The notes under the pieces are model-generated. The model saw only the letters and a list, made by a program, of their open reading frames with translations, was not told the DNA's origin and did no database searches. A DNA stretch of 50,704 nt from Nemertoderma westbladi (taxonomy: Eukaryota; Animalia; Xenacoelomorpha): the NCBI GenBank assembly GCA_032718475.1, contig JAUCBJ010001905.1, positions 1 to 50,704 of the forward strand, written 5' to 3'. The position numbers and the translations under genes are program-made. Below, piece by piece: positions 1-11,900 of the stretch; position 1 is the first letter of the stretch, and each line of letters opens with the position of its first letter.

Positions 1-914
1 ATGCAAAGAAAAAGATTGGGAGTGTGTGGCCTTTATTTATAAAAGATAACGAAAGAACACACACCAACCATCCGAATCATTCTCTAACTTAGAAAATTTA
101 ATAAAGAAGGCAGTTCGCTTGTTTTAATGAAATAGAGTAATATATACGCGGCCACTCCTTTACCTTAGCACAGGAACTACAAACTACTACTAATTACATA
201 TATAATAAAATTTGCAGGGCAATCATGATCTGCCAAAAAATATTTAATATTGAATAAATTATTAAATATATATGGTACTTCTACAACAGGTCTCGAATAG
301 TGTAGATAGCTCCCATACGCCTGTCCCCTACGTACAGTCGTACAATCAGTATGGCAATATCGATATGAATGTACTATACAGACTGCCTAATAACGCAGCA
401 ATAAATTAATAATTTTATAACAAATTTGTGATTTAAATGGGGTTCCAGGGAGTGCAGTTGGTATATATACTGATATTATAGTAGTCTGTCTAACACAGCT
501 CTTGGGCCCATGGTTTGATTCGCTCTCATCATTTACGCGGGGGGTGACATTGGCCTTACCATTAAGTCTAGACTTCAAAGGCATGTATGCCATGCCCGAA
601 AACTAATTGAGCCATTACTGTAGAACTATTATGATTTGTATTGCCCTATCAGCCAATTACAATTGCGTAATCGTAATCCATACTTATTTTTTGTAGACTA
701 ATATTTTGGTTTACGTAGTAGCCATGCATGTCACGTGAGCGTATTCTAGCCAGTCATTCTATGTAGGCCTACAATTAATTAATTATGTTTGCAGGTTTGG
801 AATTTACATGTACCGTAGAATATCAGTGACTTGAGTCTATAAGTCTAGGTTATTCCTTAGTATTGTATTTATTGTTCTTGTTGTGGTCTCCAACATAATA
901 GGTAGACCGTGTTG

Positions 915-1060
915 TCTAATGTTAATAATGTTAATGTTAGAGTTTACCCCTTCACCCTTTGAGAGCTTTTCTCCACTTCTCTCTATGGTCCAATGGATAA
1001 GCCCTGGACTTCACTGTCACCCATCCATAAACCAGAAGTTTCTGGGTTCCACCTGCCTAA
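915..1060 (-). mobile_element. Possible degenerate 3' end of an RTE-type LINE
   Basis: With frameshifts the minus strand reads PRNFWFMDG / VTVKSR / DHREKWRKALKG*, resembling the RTE ORF C-terminus (PRxxWxDxV...DRxxWR), followed by a short (TAACAT)n-like tail at 917-939. Confidence 0.3.
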
Positions 1061-2089
1061 TGATGGTCATATTTTGTATATTGTTTAATCTATGAACGTT
1101 AGTTTTTTAGGACACTAAACATGAAATATTGCTCATTCAAAATTCCTATAATACTTTTATTTATGAACGGAAATCTAGAAATCATTCTGATTGGCAGAGA
1201 TCGAATAGAATTACAATAATATTTACTAAATATAACTTACCTAGTGTGCAGTGTTGGAGCAGTTCAGCAGTAAACAACAGAACAAACAACAATTTTCTTA
1301 TGCAATGGCCAAGAATGGAATAATAATTTTCAGTTTCAAAAATAAACAAAATGGTAGGTTCAGCAAATATAAACAAGATATAATAACATCGATTCCAAAC
1401 TACATAACTACCGGTATACTCTAAATATTTAAAATAAAAACATTGACGTATCTGTAGTTTTTAACTGTGAATCTAAATATAGCTACAAAAACAACGGCGG
1501 CAACCAATGGCATGTAGATTAGCACATCTTGAATGGAATCCTAGTGGAAACCTGCTCCATTGGTTGGTGTTCCTGATAAGTTTTCTAGTAGAAAGGGCAA
1601 CTTTCCTGGTTGGTTGGTTTCTTTGGAGTGCTAGGATCCTACTAATCCTAAAAGGTTGCATCACCACACCCACACCTCAGGTCCCATGACTTTCTTGACG
1701 TCAACAGTAACTATTGCATTAACAACCTGGAGTACAGCAGCTGCGTTTACAACCAACCAATCATTACTGAACGAACAATTGCCAAAACAGTCATAATTTA
1801 CACCAGCACTGCATTACCAGTGACTAGTGAGACTTGCGCTCTGGCGGCAACATGGCGGAAGTGGGTTCCGTAATGGGGGCAGTTATCACATAATTCTAAC
1901 ATATAATTATAACAATTATTAGTCTACACCACAACTGTCGAACCTTATTCATATTATATATCACATCATATCATATCACATCATATCTTCATCATATTTC
2001 ATAACGACACAGTCCCTGTCTGTTGTTGGGTCCGAATGAAGTCCGTTGTAGGGTCCAACACTGTACCTGTGTGTTCATTATGATACGAC

Positions 2090-3130
2090 TCAGTCCTTAT
2101 GTAGTGTCCGAAACAGGAAACAGACCCTGTGTGTGGTTTCCGACACAGACCTTATGTAGGGTCCGAAACAGGAAACAGACCCTGTGTGTGGCTTCCGACC
2201 CAGACCTTATGTAGGGTCCGAAACAGGAAACAGACCCTGTGTGTGGTTTCCGACACAGACCTTCTGTAGTGTCCGAAACAGGAAACATACCCTGTGTGTG
2301 GTTTCCGACACAGACCTTCTGTAGTGTCCGAAACAGGAAACATACCCTGTGTGTGTCTTCCGACACAGACCTTCTGTAGTGTCCGAAACAGGAAACATAC
2401 CCTGTGTGTGGTTTCCGACACAGACCTTATGTAGGGTCCGAAACAGGAAACAGACCCTGTGTGTGGTTTCCGACACAGACCTTCTGTAGTGTCCGAAACA
2501 GGAAACATACCCTGTGTGTGGTTTCCGACACAGACCTTATGTAGGGTCCGAAACAGGAAACAGGCCCTGTGTATGGTTTCCGACACAGACCTTCTGTAGT
2601 GTCCGAAACAGGAAACATACCCTGTGTGTGGTTTCCGACACAGACCTTCTGTAGTGTCCGAAACAGGAAACATACCCTGTGTGTGGCTTCCGACACAGAC
2701 CTTCTGTTGTGTCCGAAACAGGAAACATACCCTGTGTGTGGTTTCCGACACAGACCTTATGTAGGGTCCGAAACAGGAAACAGACCCTGTGTGTGGTTTC
2801 CGACACAGACCTCCTGTAGTGTCCGAAACAGGAAACATACCCTGTGTGTGGTTTCCGACCCCAGCCTGTGTGTGGTTTCCGACACAGACCTTATGTAGGG
2901 TCCGAAACAGGAAACAGACCCTGTGTGTGGTTTCCGACACAGACCTTATGTAGGGTCCGAAACAGGAAACAGACCCTGTGTGTGGTTTCCGACACAGACC
3001 TTATGTAGGGTCAGATTCCCCCGTCAGAAACAGGATACAGACCCTGTGTGTGGTTCCCGACACAGACCTATGTAGTGTCCGAAACAGTAAACAGACCCTG
3101 TGTGTGGCTTCCGACACAGTACCTATGTTG
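2090..3130. repeat. 55-bp minisatellite, ~19 copies
   Basis: Unit GTCCGAAACAGGAAACAGACCCTGTGTGTGGTTTCCGACACAGACCTTATGTAGG at 2161, 2216, 2271 and so on; partial-unit duplication near 2860-2880; degenerate edges. Confidence 0.97.
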
Positions 3131-3889
3131 TGTCACACTTATCCGCAGTCACGTTCAGGCTTCAGTATTTGCTATTCTCAAATCATCAGCAGGACCCTTA
3201 TATTAGAATGCTGTGACATATGGGTGGCAAACGTGTAAAGACTTAAACATTTATTTGTACAAATACTGACTAAATGACCTGTCGTTTAAGTAAAACTAGT
3301 AACACAATTTGAATAATTATATATCCACCCTAATCCTATAATGTTTCAGTGATAAATTTCGGGGCTCTGGGGTTAACCCAATGGCGAGCTTATCACGGGC
3401 GTATATTCAATATATATACAGTCATCAATAGATGTGATTGTTCTTGGCCAATTTGAATTCTTTGTGTTGTTGTTAATTATTATTGTCCACCCACATTGTC
3501 CTGCGCTGAGATTGGAGGTATTTTATTCCCACGATTATTGAGAGCGAATGTAATTTTTACTATGATTGCTACACCTCTAGTAGTGATGATGAGAGTCCAG
3601 TAGTAGTGGTAGTCTGTATTTGTATATCTTTAGATAAGTACTTTCGTATATTGTATGTGCCAAATATCTTGTTTTGTTTCAGTACATTATTAATAATAAA
3701 TAACTACAACCTTTCTGCGTTCGGAGGGCGTAAACCACCATATTTAATTACTATTTATTATCAGTGTATAGGATTATGAATTCCGTTGGCATTACAATAG
3801 GCCTACATGGAATGCGAAACGATTGCCCAATAAAATTGTCTGAAAGTTTTCACACGGTAAAAAAGTTTACGCATGAAGTATACAAGCTA

Positions 3890-4372
3890 TTATATTTAAC
3901 TTTGCAGTTTACCTTGATGTTAAGAATACCAGGATACCACTAAAACCACAGGTTATAGAAGGGCTGAATCTAACCAAAACAATAAACGAATTAGTACCTG
4001 AACAGCTTTTAAGATAGAAATAAACGCTTTAAAACACTTACTATACTAAGGAGAAATTTAAAAAAATAAAGATTTTTCATAATATAAAACTTCAATAACA
4101 ATTCGACCGAAAAGTGAAAACCTGGCGCCCATGTGAAGAATACCAGGATTTCACTTTTCGGTCGACTTTTTATTGGAATTTTATATATGAATATTTTTTA
4201 TTTTTTTTTAATTTATCTTTATTAAGTGTTTTATAGCACTTATTTCTGTCTTATAACCTGTACATATACTAATTCGTTTATTGTTTTGGTTAAATTCAGC
4301 CCTTCTGTAACCTGTGGTTTTGGTGAAAACCTGGTATTCTTCACATGGGGGTAACTGCAAAGTGAAATATAA
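3890..4372. mobile_element. ~480-bp foldback (long imperfect inverted repeat), MITE-like
   Basis: 3890-4125 is the imperfect reverse complement of 4143-4372 (TTATATTTAACTTTGCAG...AACCACAGGTTATAGAAGGGCTGAAT vs ATTCAGCCCTTCTGTAACCTGTGGTT...CTGCAAAGTGAAATATAA); loop under 20 nt. Confidence 0.8.
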
Positions 4373-5925
4373 CGGCAGAAAGGGGCCAAACCTGGTGTAC
4401 TCTTCACAAGGGCGAAGATTACATAATTACTCCAATTCCAATTTATCGCTTTGCATTGGGATAACAATTAGCCATGATGATATTTAAATGTGAAATCAAA
4501 TATATTTAATTGAAATGAGCCAGACGATAGATAATTAGGATTACCGATACGATTGTAAACTAGTCTACGTAAAGTAGACAGCTACCGGTAGCTTTGCTTC
4601 ATGTGACGGTTTGTTTTGACGAGCAAGATAAAAGCAAGATAGCATTATTGTCTAGACATTTGTCTCTAAAAGCATCCCAATATGAAAATGCTTTACTTGG
4701 CTGTATCTTATTAAGTTGATTTTATGTAAATTAAATTCTATAGAATCGACAACCATTTCCTTTACCTTTACCAATATGTACAGCAAAATGCGGCAACAAA
4801 CAGTAGTGTAGGCGAGTACACTGTTCTCCTACTCAAACACACCGTTGTTGCTATGGTAGCAAGAAGGCGGCCTGGCAGTAATGTTATGACGGGAAACGCC
4901 CATATACGCCGTAAGCAATAAGTGGGAGCAGCGAGTCCATTCGAGTCCAGGTAGCCGCCAAATCCTATTAAAAAGTACAGGGCCGCGAGAGCGGGGCTTG
5001 GGAATTCGTAATGATGTTAGATCCACGGATATGTTGGCCACAGAGCAAAGGATATTAAATTGTCTGTGTATTACCTCAACTTGAATATATTAAAATATTA
5101 CAAATATTAGCGAAAGTGAGTTTGTGACGATTTATTTTAATATTTAAAATGTGCCGGCTTTAAGAAAGATAAAAAAAGTAATTATTACATTGAATATTAT
5201 AATGTTACCAGGCCACGCTATCGTTATAATACTTAATTGACTTAAGGGTCAGGTCATGATATGTGTTTCCTGAGTCATTCTATATGGAAAGAGTCTTGTC
5301 CAATTAATGCAATTATTAATGAACTCCTCCTACCTATGCTGTAGGTGTGTAGGACTTGACCTATTTTTTTTTTACCTATTTCAACGAATTTTGTTCATAT
5401 GAAAATGAATTATTCTGTCTCACTCGCAAATCGATTGCGAACTTACGAACTTTGTTCATATGATTACAAATTTTGTTCCATGCGAAATAATTTTGTCCTA
5501 ATGCGAATTGTATTCCACTCACAACTACAATATTGCAGTAGCTAGACCTACGGTTCGCTGATGAATTACAACAAGCGTGCAGATTGCTGAAATAATTGCT
5601 TTCATGCCGTTCAAATTTCGCGTGATTTCATGAGAAGCATAAGTACCCAGCTCCTCAAATGGGTCATCTGATCGATCAACTAGGTAATACAACTCCCCAA
5701 TCGCCAACTATTTTATCAACTTTGACATTCAAAATTATTTATTTTTCATATATACACTCCAAGTGGAGTAAATTTATTTCCTTGGACACGTAAAATTGAC
5801 TGCAACAATTTACAATCAAGTACACTTTAAAATAATTAATGCATAAAAATGTTTAGACTGTGGAGGTATTCAAAATTATGGAATAATATTATACGTATCG
5901 GTTGGATTATACATTATAGGATAGT

Positions 5926-7440
5926 CTACTACTAGGATCGGCATGCTGCATTGCAGCTGCATTTATAAGAATGCTGTGCCGGCTTGTCAACAAAATTGCA
6001 CCGCCACAACTCCCTATCACCCATGACATTTGCTAGATCATCCGCATCTTTAAGGCCAGTGTCCTTTAAGATGCGTCTGAAGAAATTCATGGGCTGTCCA
6101 CCATGCTTATTCACTCCATGAGGCTGCCAAAGTACAAGATTATGCACTGGCTGGTCCTCACGGCGAAAGCAATGTCCTGCAATGCGGAGGCGATTTTGTT
6201 CTAGTGTCAAGCTTGGGGGAACCAATGAGACACCTCCAATGTTATATAGTGTATAGTGTATATAGTTATATAGTTATATAGTTATATAGTGTATATATGT
6301 GTGCATTGTACTTGACACAATGTACCCGGCGTAGCATTCTTGTGAATGTGCCATCCAGAGATTTGGTGTCCTCAGCAGTTAGAGCCCAGCATGGACTCCC
6401 GTAGAGGAGTACTGGAACTACTGCTGCTCTGAATAATCGGACCTTAAGTTTCCGATTAATTCTAGGTGACTTCCAAATCCTGGAAAGCCTATTCAAGGCT
6501 GCCCATGCCTTTCCCTTACGTATTCGAAGGTCCTCACCTGACTTCCGGATCCATGATCCCAGGTAACAGAAGTCGTCCACATGCTCAAGCATACCATCCT
6601 TTGAGCTTATGCTCATCCGATCAGAGACTTGCTGAGGACTTTCAAAGTTAACTGTCAGAATTTTGGTCTTTCTGGAGTTAATAAAAAGACCAACACTAGA
6701 AGCAGCATGTTCTAATGAGCTGAGGAGCCGCTGGGCTCCCTCTAATGATTCTGAGAGTACTCCTAAGTCATCAGCAAAGTCTAGATCAGTTAGGTACTTG
6801 GCAGGATTTCCTCGACTTCTGGAGCCAGTAGGTGGAGTTATCATCACCCCATCATCATTATGATGATCTAAGGACATGCGTAGAACATAGTCAACCACAA
6901 TAATGAACAAGAATGGTGCAAGTGTGTCTCCTTGGAGGACGCCCCATAACACTTCAAATGGTTCTGTGTCACCATCAACAGTAGACACAAATGTTGTCGA
7001 ACCATCGTATACTGATCTGATTGCTGCAATAATTTCATCAGGAATCCCATATAATGAAAGTATGCTGAACATACGTGAGCGAGAGACTGAATCAAAGGCC
7101 TTGAAGAAGTCAACAAAGATAACAGCCAGATGCCTGTCTTTCTTTTTTGATAACTCTTCAATTATCCTTCTAAGTGCCAAAATGGGCTCCATGGTCCCAC
7201 GACCTTTACGGAACCCATTCTGATTTCCACGTAGCAGTCTCTCAATGGGATCCCTGATGCGATTTAATAGAATTCTATTGTATAGTTTTGCAGCAATCGA
7301 GATCAATGAGATTCCCCGAAAAGAACCATAGAGTGTTAGGTTGCCCTTCTTGGGAACTGGCACCAACTTATTTGTTTTCATTTATTGTGGGACTCTTGTT
7401 GTACGGTACATGTCTACTATGATGGGATAGATGAGCTTTA
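5926..7440 (-). mobile_element. 5'-truncated RTE-clade non-LTR retrotransposon (RT domain plus C-terminus), inactivated
   Basis: ORF 7381-6266 has RT motifs VPVPKKG, FRGISL, QNGFRKGRGT, FVDFFKAFDSV, GVLQGDTLAPFLF, LDFADDL, INSRKTK, FCYLGS. ORF 6225-5932 has the RTE C-terminus RLRIAGHCFR...DRELWR and ends in a (TAG)3 tail (5926-5934). The frame continues upstream (KLIYPIIVDMYRTTRVPQ) through an in-frame TAA at 7384-7382. No endonuclease domain. Confidence 0.93.
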
Positions 7441-7552
7441 ATATATATGGATACCAAAAAAAATTGTTTGATTACCGAATTTTCACATCCTTTGCATAGT
7501 TGGATAAAATTGTAATCCAACTATGCAGTAAGTAAGAGCAACTAAATGGATC

Positions 7553-7920
7553 GCAATGGTGTAAACAAAGTTCACACTGGTATGAACAATGTTCTCAATA
7601 ATAGGCACAAAGTTGGCAAAAATAGGAACAAAGTTGGCAAAAATAGGAACAAAGTTTACACTGGTATAAACAACGTTCTTAATAATAGGAACAAAGTTCG
7701 CAATAATAGGAACAAAGTTCGCAATAATAGGAACAAAGCTCGCAATAATAGGAATAAAGTTCGCCATAACATGGAAAAAGTTCGCAATAATAACAAGAAA
7801 GATCGCAATAACAGGAACAAAGTTCGCAATAACAGGAACATATCTTTGAAGATCCCATAGAAACAAAGTTCCCAACTAGAAAGACCAAATTCCCTACCCG
7901 TTGAAACAAAATTCGTAAAA
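7553..7920. repeat. 21-bp minisatellite, ~17 degenerate copies
   Basis: Unit AATAATAGGAACAAAGTTCGC at 7681, 7702, 7723; explains the 7-aa periodic ORFs in several frames. Confidence 0.92.
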
Positions 7921-8970
7921 TACTAATAGTAGTAACAAAATTGCACCACCACCCCCGAGAGCCAACTTGGTAACAAAATACCACACAGATCAGGTGCCCC
8001 ACCGGCGACAACTACCATCCTGGCCAGCTGCCAGCCATCCATCCGTTCTGCAGGAGAGGGAGAAGTCAGCTGGTCTACCCCTTTCTCTGTTGATATCCTG
8101 TCAAGGAAGACCAGATGGTAAAAGTCAGTAACTTCTCCATATCGGGCAGGTATCCCCCACCTAGGACAACCCCTGGAGAATCTGACACAAACCACTAAAC
8201 TTGCCCCACTAAAAATATAAATAAATATATAAAGTATGTATATCAATTGATGAATAATTCCGTAACTAAATCAACTTGAAACGTTTAATATTAATTCAAA
8301 GGCTTCTTGGTTTAGTAAGATGAATCGTGATCCACTTACTAGTAAATCAATTAGTATAATATAATTATATTCATTAAGTGGAATATAAAAACATTGAGAG
8401 AGATAAAACAACCAAATAGTGATTGGCAGATACCATTTATATCAGCGTGGGATATCCAATAAATGTACGTAAAAATGGTCTTCTGTCACGTCAGGTTTGA
8501 AAGTTCATATAATTATTATAACATTTATTGCTTAATAATAACTAGGGAGGGATCACAATCAACTTCAAATAATATTAGTCGAGAATAGAGAAAATGGGGG
8601 GTACTTTTGACATTGAACCCTCGCGTATCTACGTATCTGATATATTAGAGCAAAATTAAACTGTAGCCTGTGCTATTGACTCTGGATTACTGTTTTGGTT
8701 AGAATAACAGCCCAACATATCGAATACCATAGCATAACCCTCTGATTCCCCCAAATAGATAATGGATTTGCGTCAATTGCACCCCTACCCCCGTCTCAAT
8801 AATGTTAGCTAAAAATACTTCAGGGAAGGTGAGGGCCATACGTAAACCAAATACATAGAGTGGACAGGCTAGTCTAATGCGTTGTTGTGGTTTCCCCAGC
8901 AAGCCCCCTACAGCACCGTACAAATACAATTAGTAATACAAACACAAAAAACAGACGTCAAACACCACCA

Positions 8971-8997
8971 CCCCCCCCCCCCCCCCCCCCCCCCCCC
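8971..8997. repeat. Poly(C) tract (27 nt)
   Basis: Direct read; source of the poly-Pro ORF 8882-9094. Confidence 0.95.
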
Positions 8998-11900
8998 TCC
9001 TCCTCTCAGGTACAAAAGTAAACACAGACTCCACCAGGTAAAAAAACAGAGCCCCCCATGTACAAAACATAGTCCCCCCAAGTACGTACCCTAACCCTTA
9101 CACGAACACAAAACAATAAAGTGAAGTCAATACAAATTAAGTAGCTGGCTTTACAGTACCCGATTACCGAAACATAATATTCTAACTCTGCCTAACTAAA
9201 AACCGAACGGGATTTTAAAAATTCATGGGAAGATCGTAACTTTTTCGAAGCTCCACCTTTAGTATTTGGTTAACACTAAATTTCATTAATTTCGTGAAAT
9301 TCGCGATGCATTCTTCCCAGTGAAAAATGAGTATGTGCATCTCATGTGTTTCATGTTCGAGATGTGTAAAACCAACGTCATGAAAACAAGTGTATGTTTT
9401 ATGATTGTGTTTTCTAATGTGTGACAAACTGGTGGCAATCACAGTAGAAACACATTGGTATCTAAGTGGTAACCAAATGTTAAGCAACACATAAAAATAA
9501 TTGGTTCCATAAGGGTTACACATCAGTTATGTATGTTTAACACACATGTTTAGCTTACGAGGTACACCATTAACACCACAGAGTTTACGGAGGGATAGGA
9601 GGTACACCATCAACACTACAGAGTTTACGGAGGGATAGGAGGTACGCCATTAACACCACAGAGTTTACGGAGGGATAGGAGGTACACCATCAACACTACA
9701 GAGTTTATGGAGGGATAGGAGGTACACCATCAACACTACAGAGTTTACGGAGGGATAGGAGGTACGACCATCAACACTACAGAGTTTACGGAGGGATAGG
9801 AGGTACGCCATCAACACTACAGAGTTTACGGAGGGATAGGAGGTACGACCATCAACACTACAGAGTTTACGGAGGGATAGGAGGTACACCATCAACACCA
9901 CAGAGTTTACGGAGGGATAGGAGGTACACCATCAACACTACAGAGTTTACGGAGGGATAGGAGGTACACCATCAACACTACAGAGTTTACTGAGGGATAG
10001 GAGGTAGACCATCAACACTACAGAGTTTACGGAGGGATAGGAGGTACACCATCAACACTACAGAGTTTACTAAGGGATAGGAGGTAGACCATCAACACTA
10101 CAGAGTTTACGGAGGGATAGGAGGTACACCATCAACACTACAGAGTTCACGGAGGGATAGGAGGTACACCATCAACACTACAGAGTTTACGGAGGTACAC
10201 CATCAAGACTACAGAGTTTACGGAGGGATAGGAGGTACACCATCAACACTAGAGAGTTCACGGAGGGATAGGAGGTACACCATTAACACTACAGAGTTTA
10301 CGGAGGGATAGGGGTACACCATCAACACTACAGAGTTTACGGAGGGATAGGAGGTACGCCATTAACACTACAGAGTTTACGGAGGGATAGGAAGTACACC
10401 ATCAACAATACAGAGTTTACGGAGGTACACCATCAACACTACAGAGTTTACGGAGGGATAGGAGGTACACCATTAACACCACAGAGTTTACGGAGGGATA
10501 GGAGGTACGCCATTAACACTACAGAGTTTACGGAGGGATAGGAGGTAGACCATCAACACTACAGAGTTTATGGAGGGATGGGAGGTACACCATAAACACT
10601 ACAGAGTTTACGGAGGGATAGGAGGTACACCATCAACACTACAGAGTTTACGGAGGGATAGGAGGTACACCATCAACACTACAGAGTTTACGGAGGGATA
10701 GGAGGTACGCCATTAACACTATAGAGTTTATGGAGGGATGGGAGGTACACCATCAACACTACAGAGTTTACGGAGGGATAGGAGGTACACCATCAACACT
10801 ACAGAGTTTACGGAGAGATAGGAGGTACGCCATTAACACTATAGAGTTTATGGAGGGATGGGAGGTACACCATCAACACTACAGAGTTTACGGAGGGATA
10901 GGAGGTACACCATTAACACTACAGAGTTTACGGAGGGATAGGAGGTACACCATCAACACTACAGAGTTTATGGAGGGATGGGAGGTACACCATCAACACT
11001 ACAGAGTTTACGGAGGGATAGGAGGTACACCATCAACACTACAGAGTTTACGGAGGGATAGGAGGTACACCATCAACACTACAGAGTTTACGGAGGGATA
11101 GGAGGTACACCATCAACACTACAGAGTTTACGGAAGGGATAGGAGGTACACCATCAACACTACAGAGTTTACGGAGGGATAGGAGGTACGCCATCAACAC
11201 TACAGAGTTTACGGAGGGATAGGAGGTACACCATCAACACTACAGAGTTTATGGAGGGATGGGAGGTACACCATCAACACTACAGAGTTTACGGAGGGAT
11301 AGGAGGTACACCATCAACACTACAGAGTTTACGGAGGGATAGGAGGTACACCATCAACACTACAGAGTTTACGGAGGGATAGGAGGTACGCCATCAACAC
11401 TACAGAGTTTACGGAGGGATAGGAGGTACACCATCAACACTACAGAGTTTACGGAGGGATAGGAGGTACGCCATCAACACTACAGAGTTTACGGAGGGAT
11501 AGGAGGTACACCATCAACATTACCGAGTTTACAGAGGGATACGAGGTACACCATCAACACTACAGAGTTTACGGAGGGATAGGAGGTACGCCATTAACAC
11601 TACAGAGTTTACGGAGGGATAGGAGGTACACCATCAACACTACAGAGGTTACGGAGGGATAGGAGGTACACCATCAACACTACAGAGTTTCCGGAGGGAT
11701 AGGAGGTACACCATCAACACTACAGAGTTTACGGAGGGATAGGAGGTACACCATCAACACTACAGAGTTTACGGAGGGATGGGAGGTACACCATAAACAC
11801 TACAGAGTTTACGGAGGGATAGGAGGTACACCATCAACACTACAGAGTTTACGGAGGGATAGGAGGTACACCATCAACACTACAGAGTTTACGGAGGGAT

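Noticed and set aside
2097-3238. Cys/His-rich ORFs resembling zinc-finger repeats
   Set aside because: The same peptide cycles through all three frames because of the 55-bp unit; there is no C2H2 spacing.
6466-7223. Additional ORFs overlapping the RT
   Set aside because: Alternate-frame or antisense shadows of the RTE coding sequence.
7483-8011. Overlapping periodic ORFs (IIANFVP / RNNRNKV repeats)
   Set aside because: A 21-bp minisatellite open in several frames on both strands; no splice or domain evidence.
8699-9094. LINE C-terminal zinc-knuckle-like CPLY motif and poly-Pro ORF
   Set aside because: The other Cys/His ligands are missing and similarity is too weak; the poly-Pro run is just the poly(C) tract.
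9316-9555. CCCAGTGAAAA-starting MITE as the container of the satellite
   Set aside because: No complementary TIR found beyond the right end of the array.
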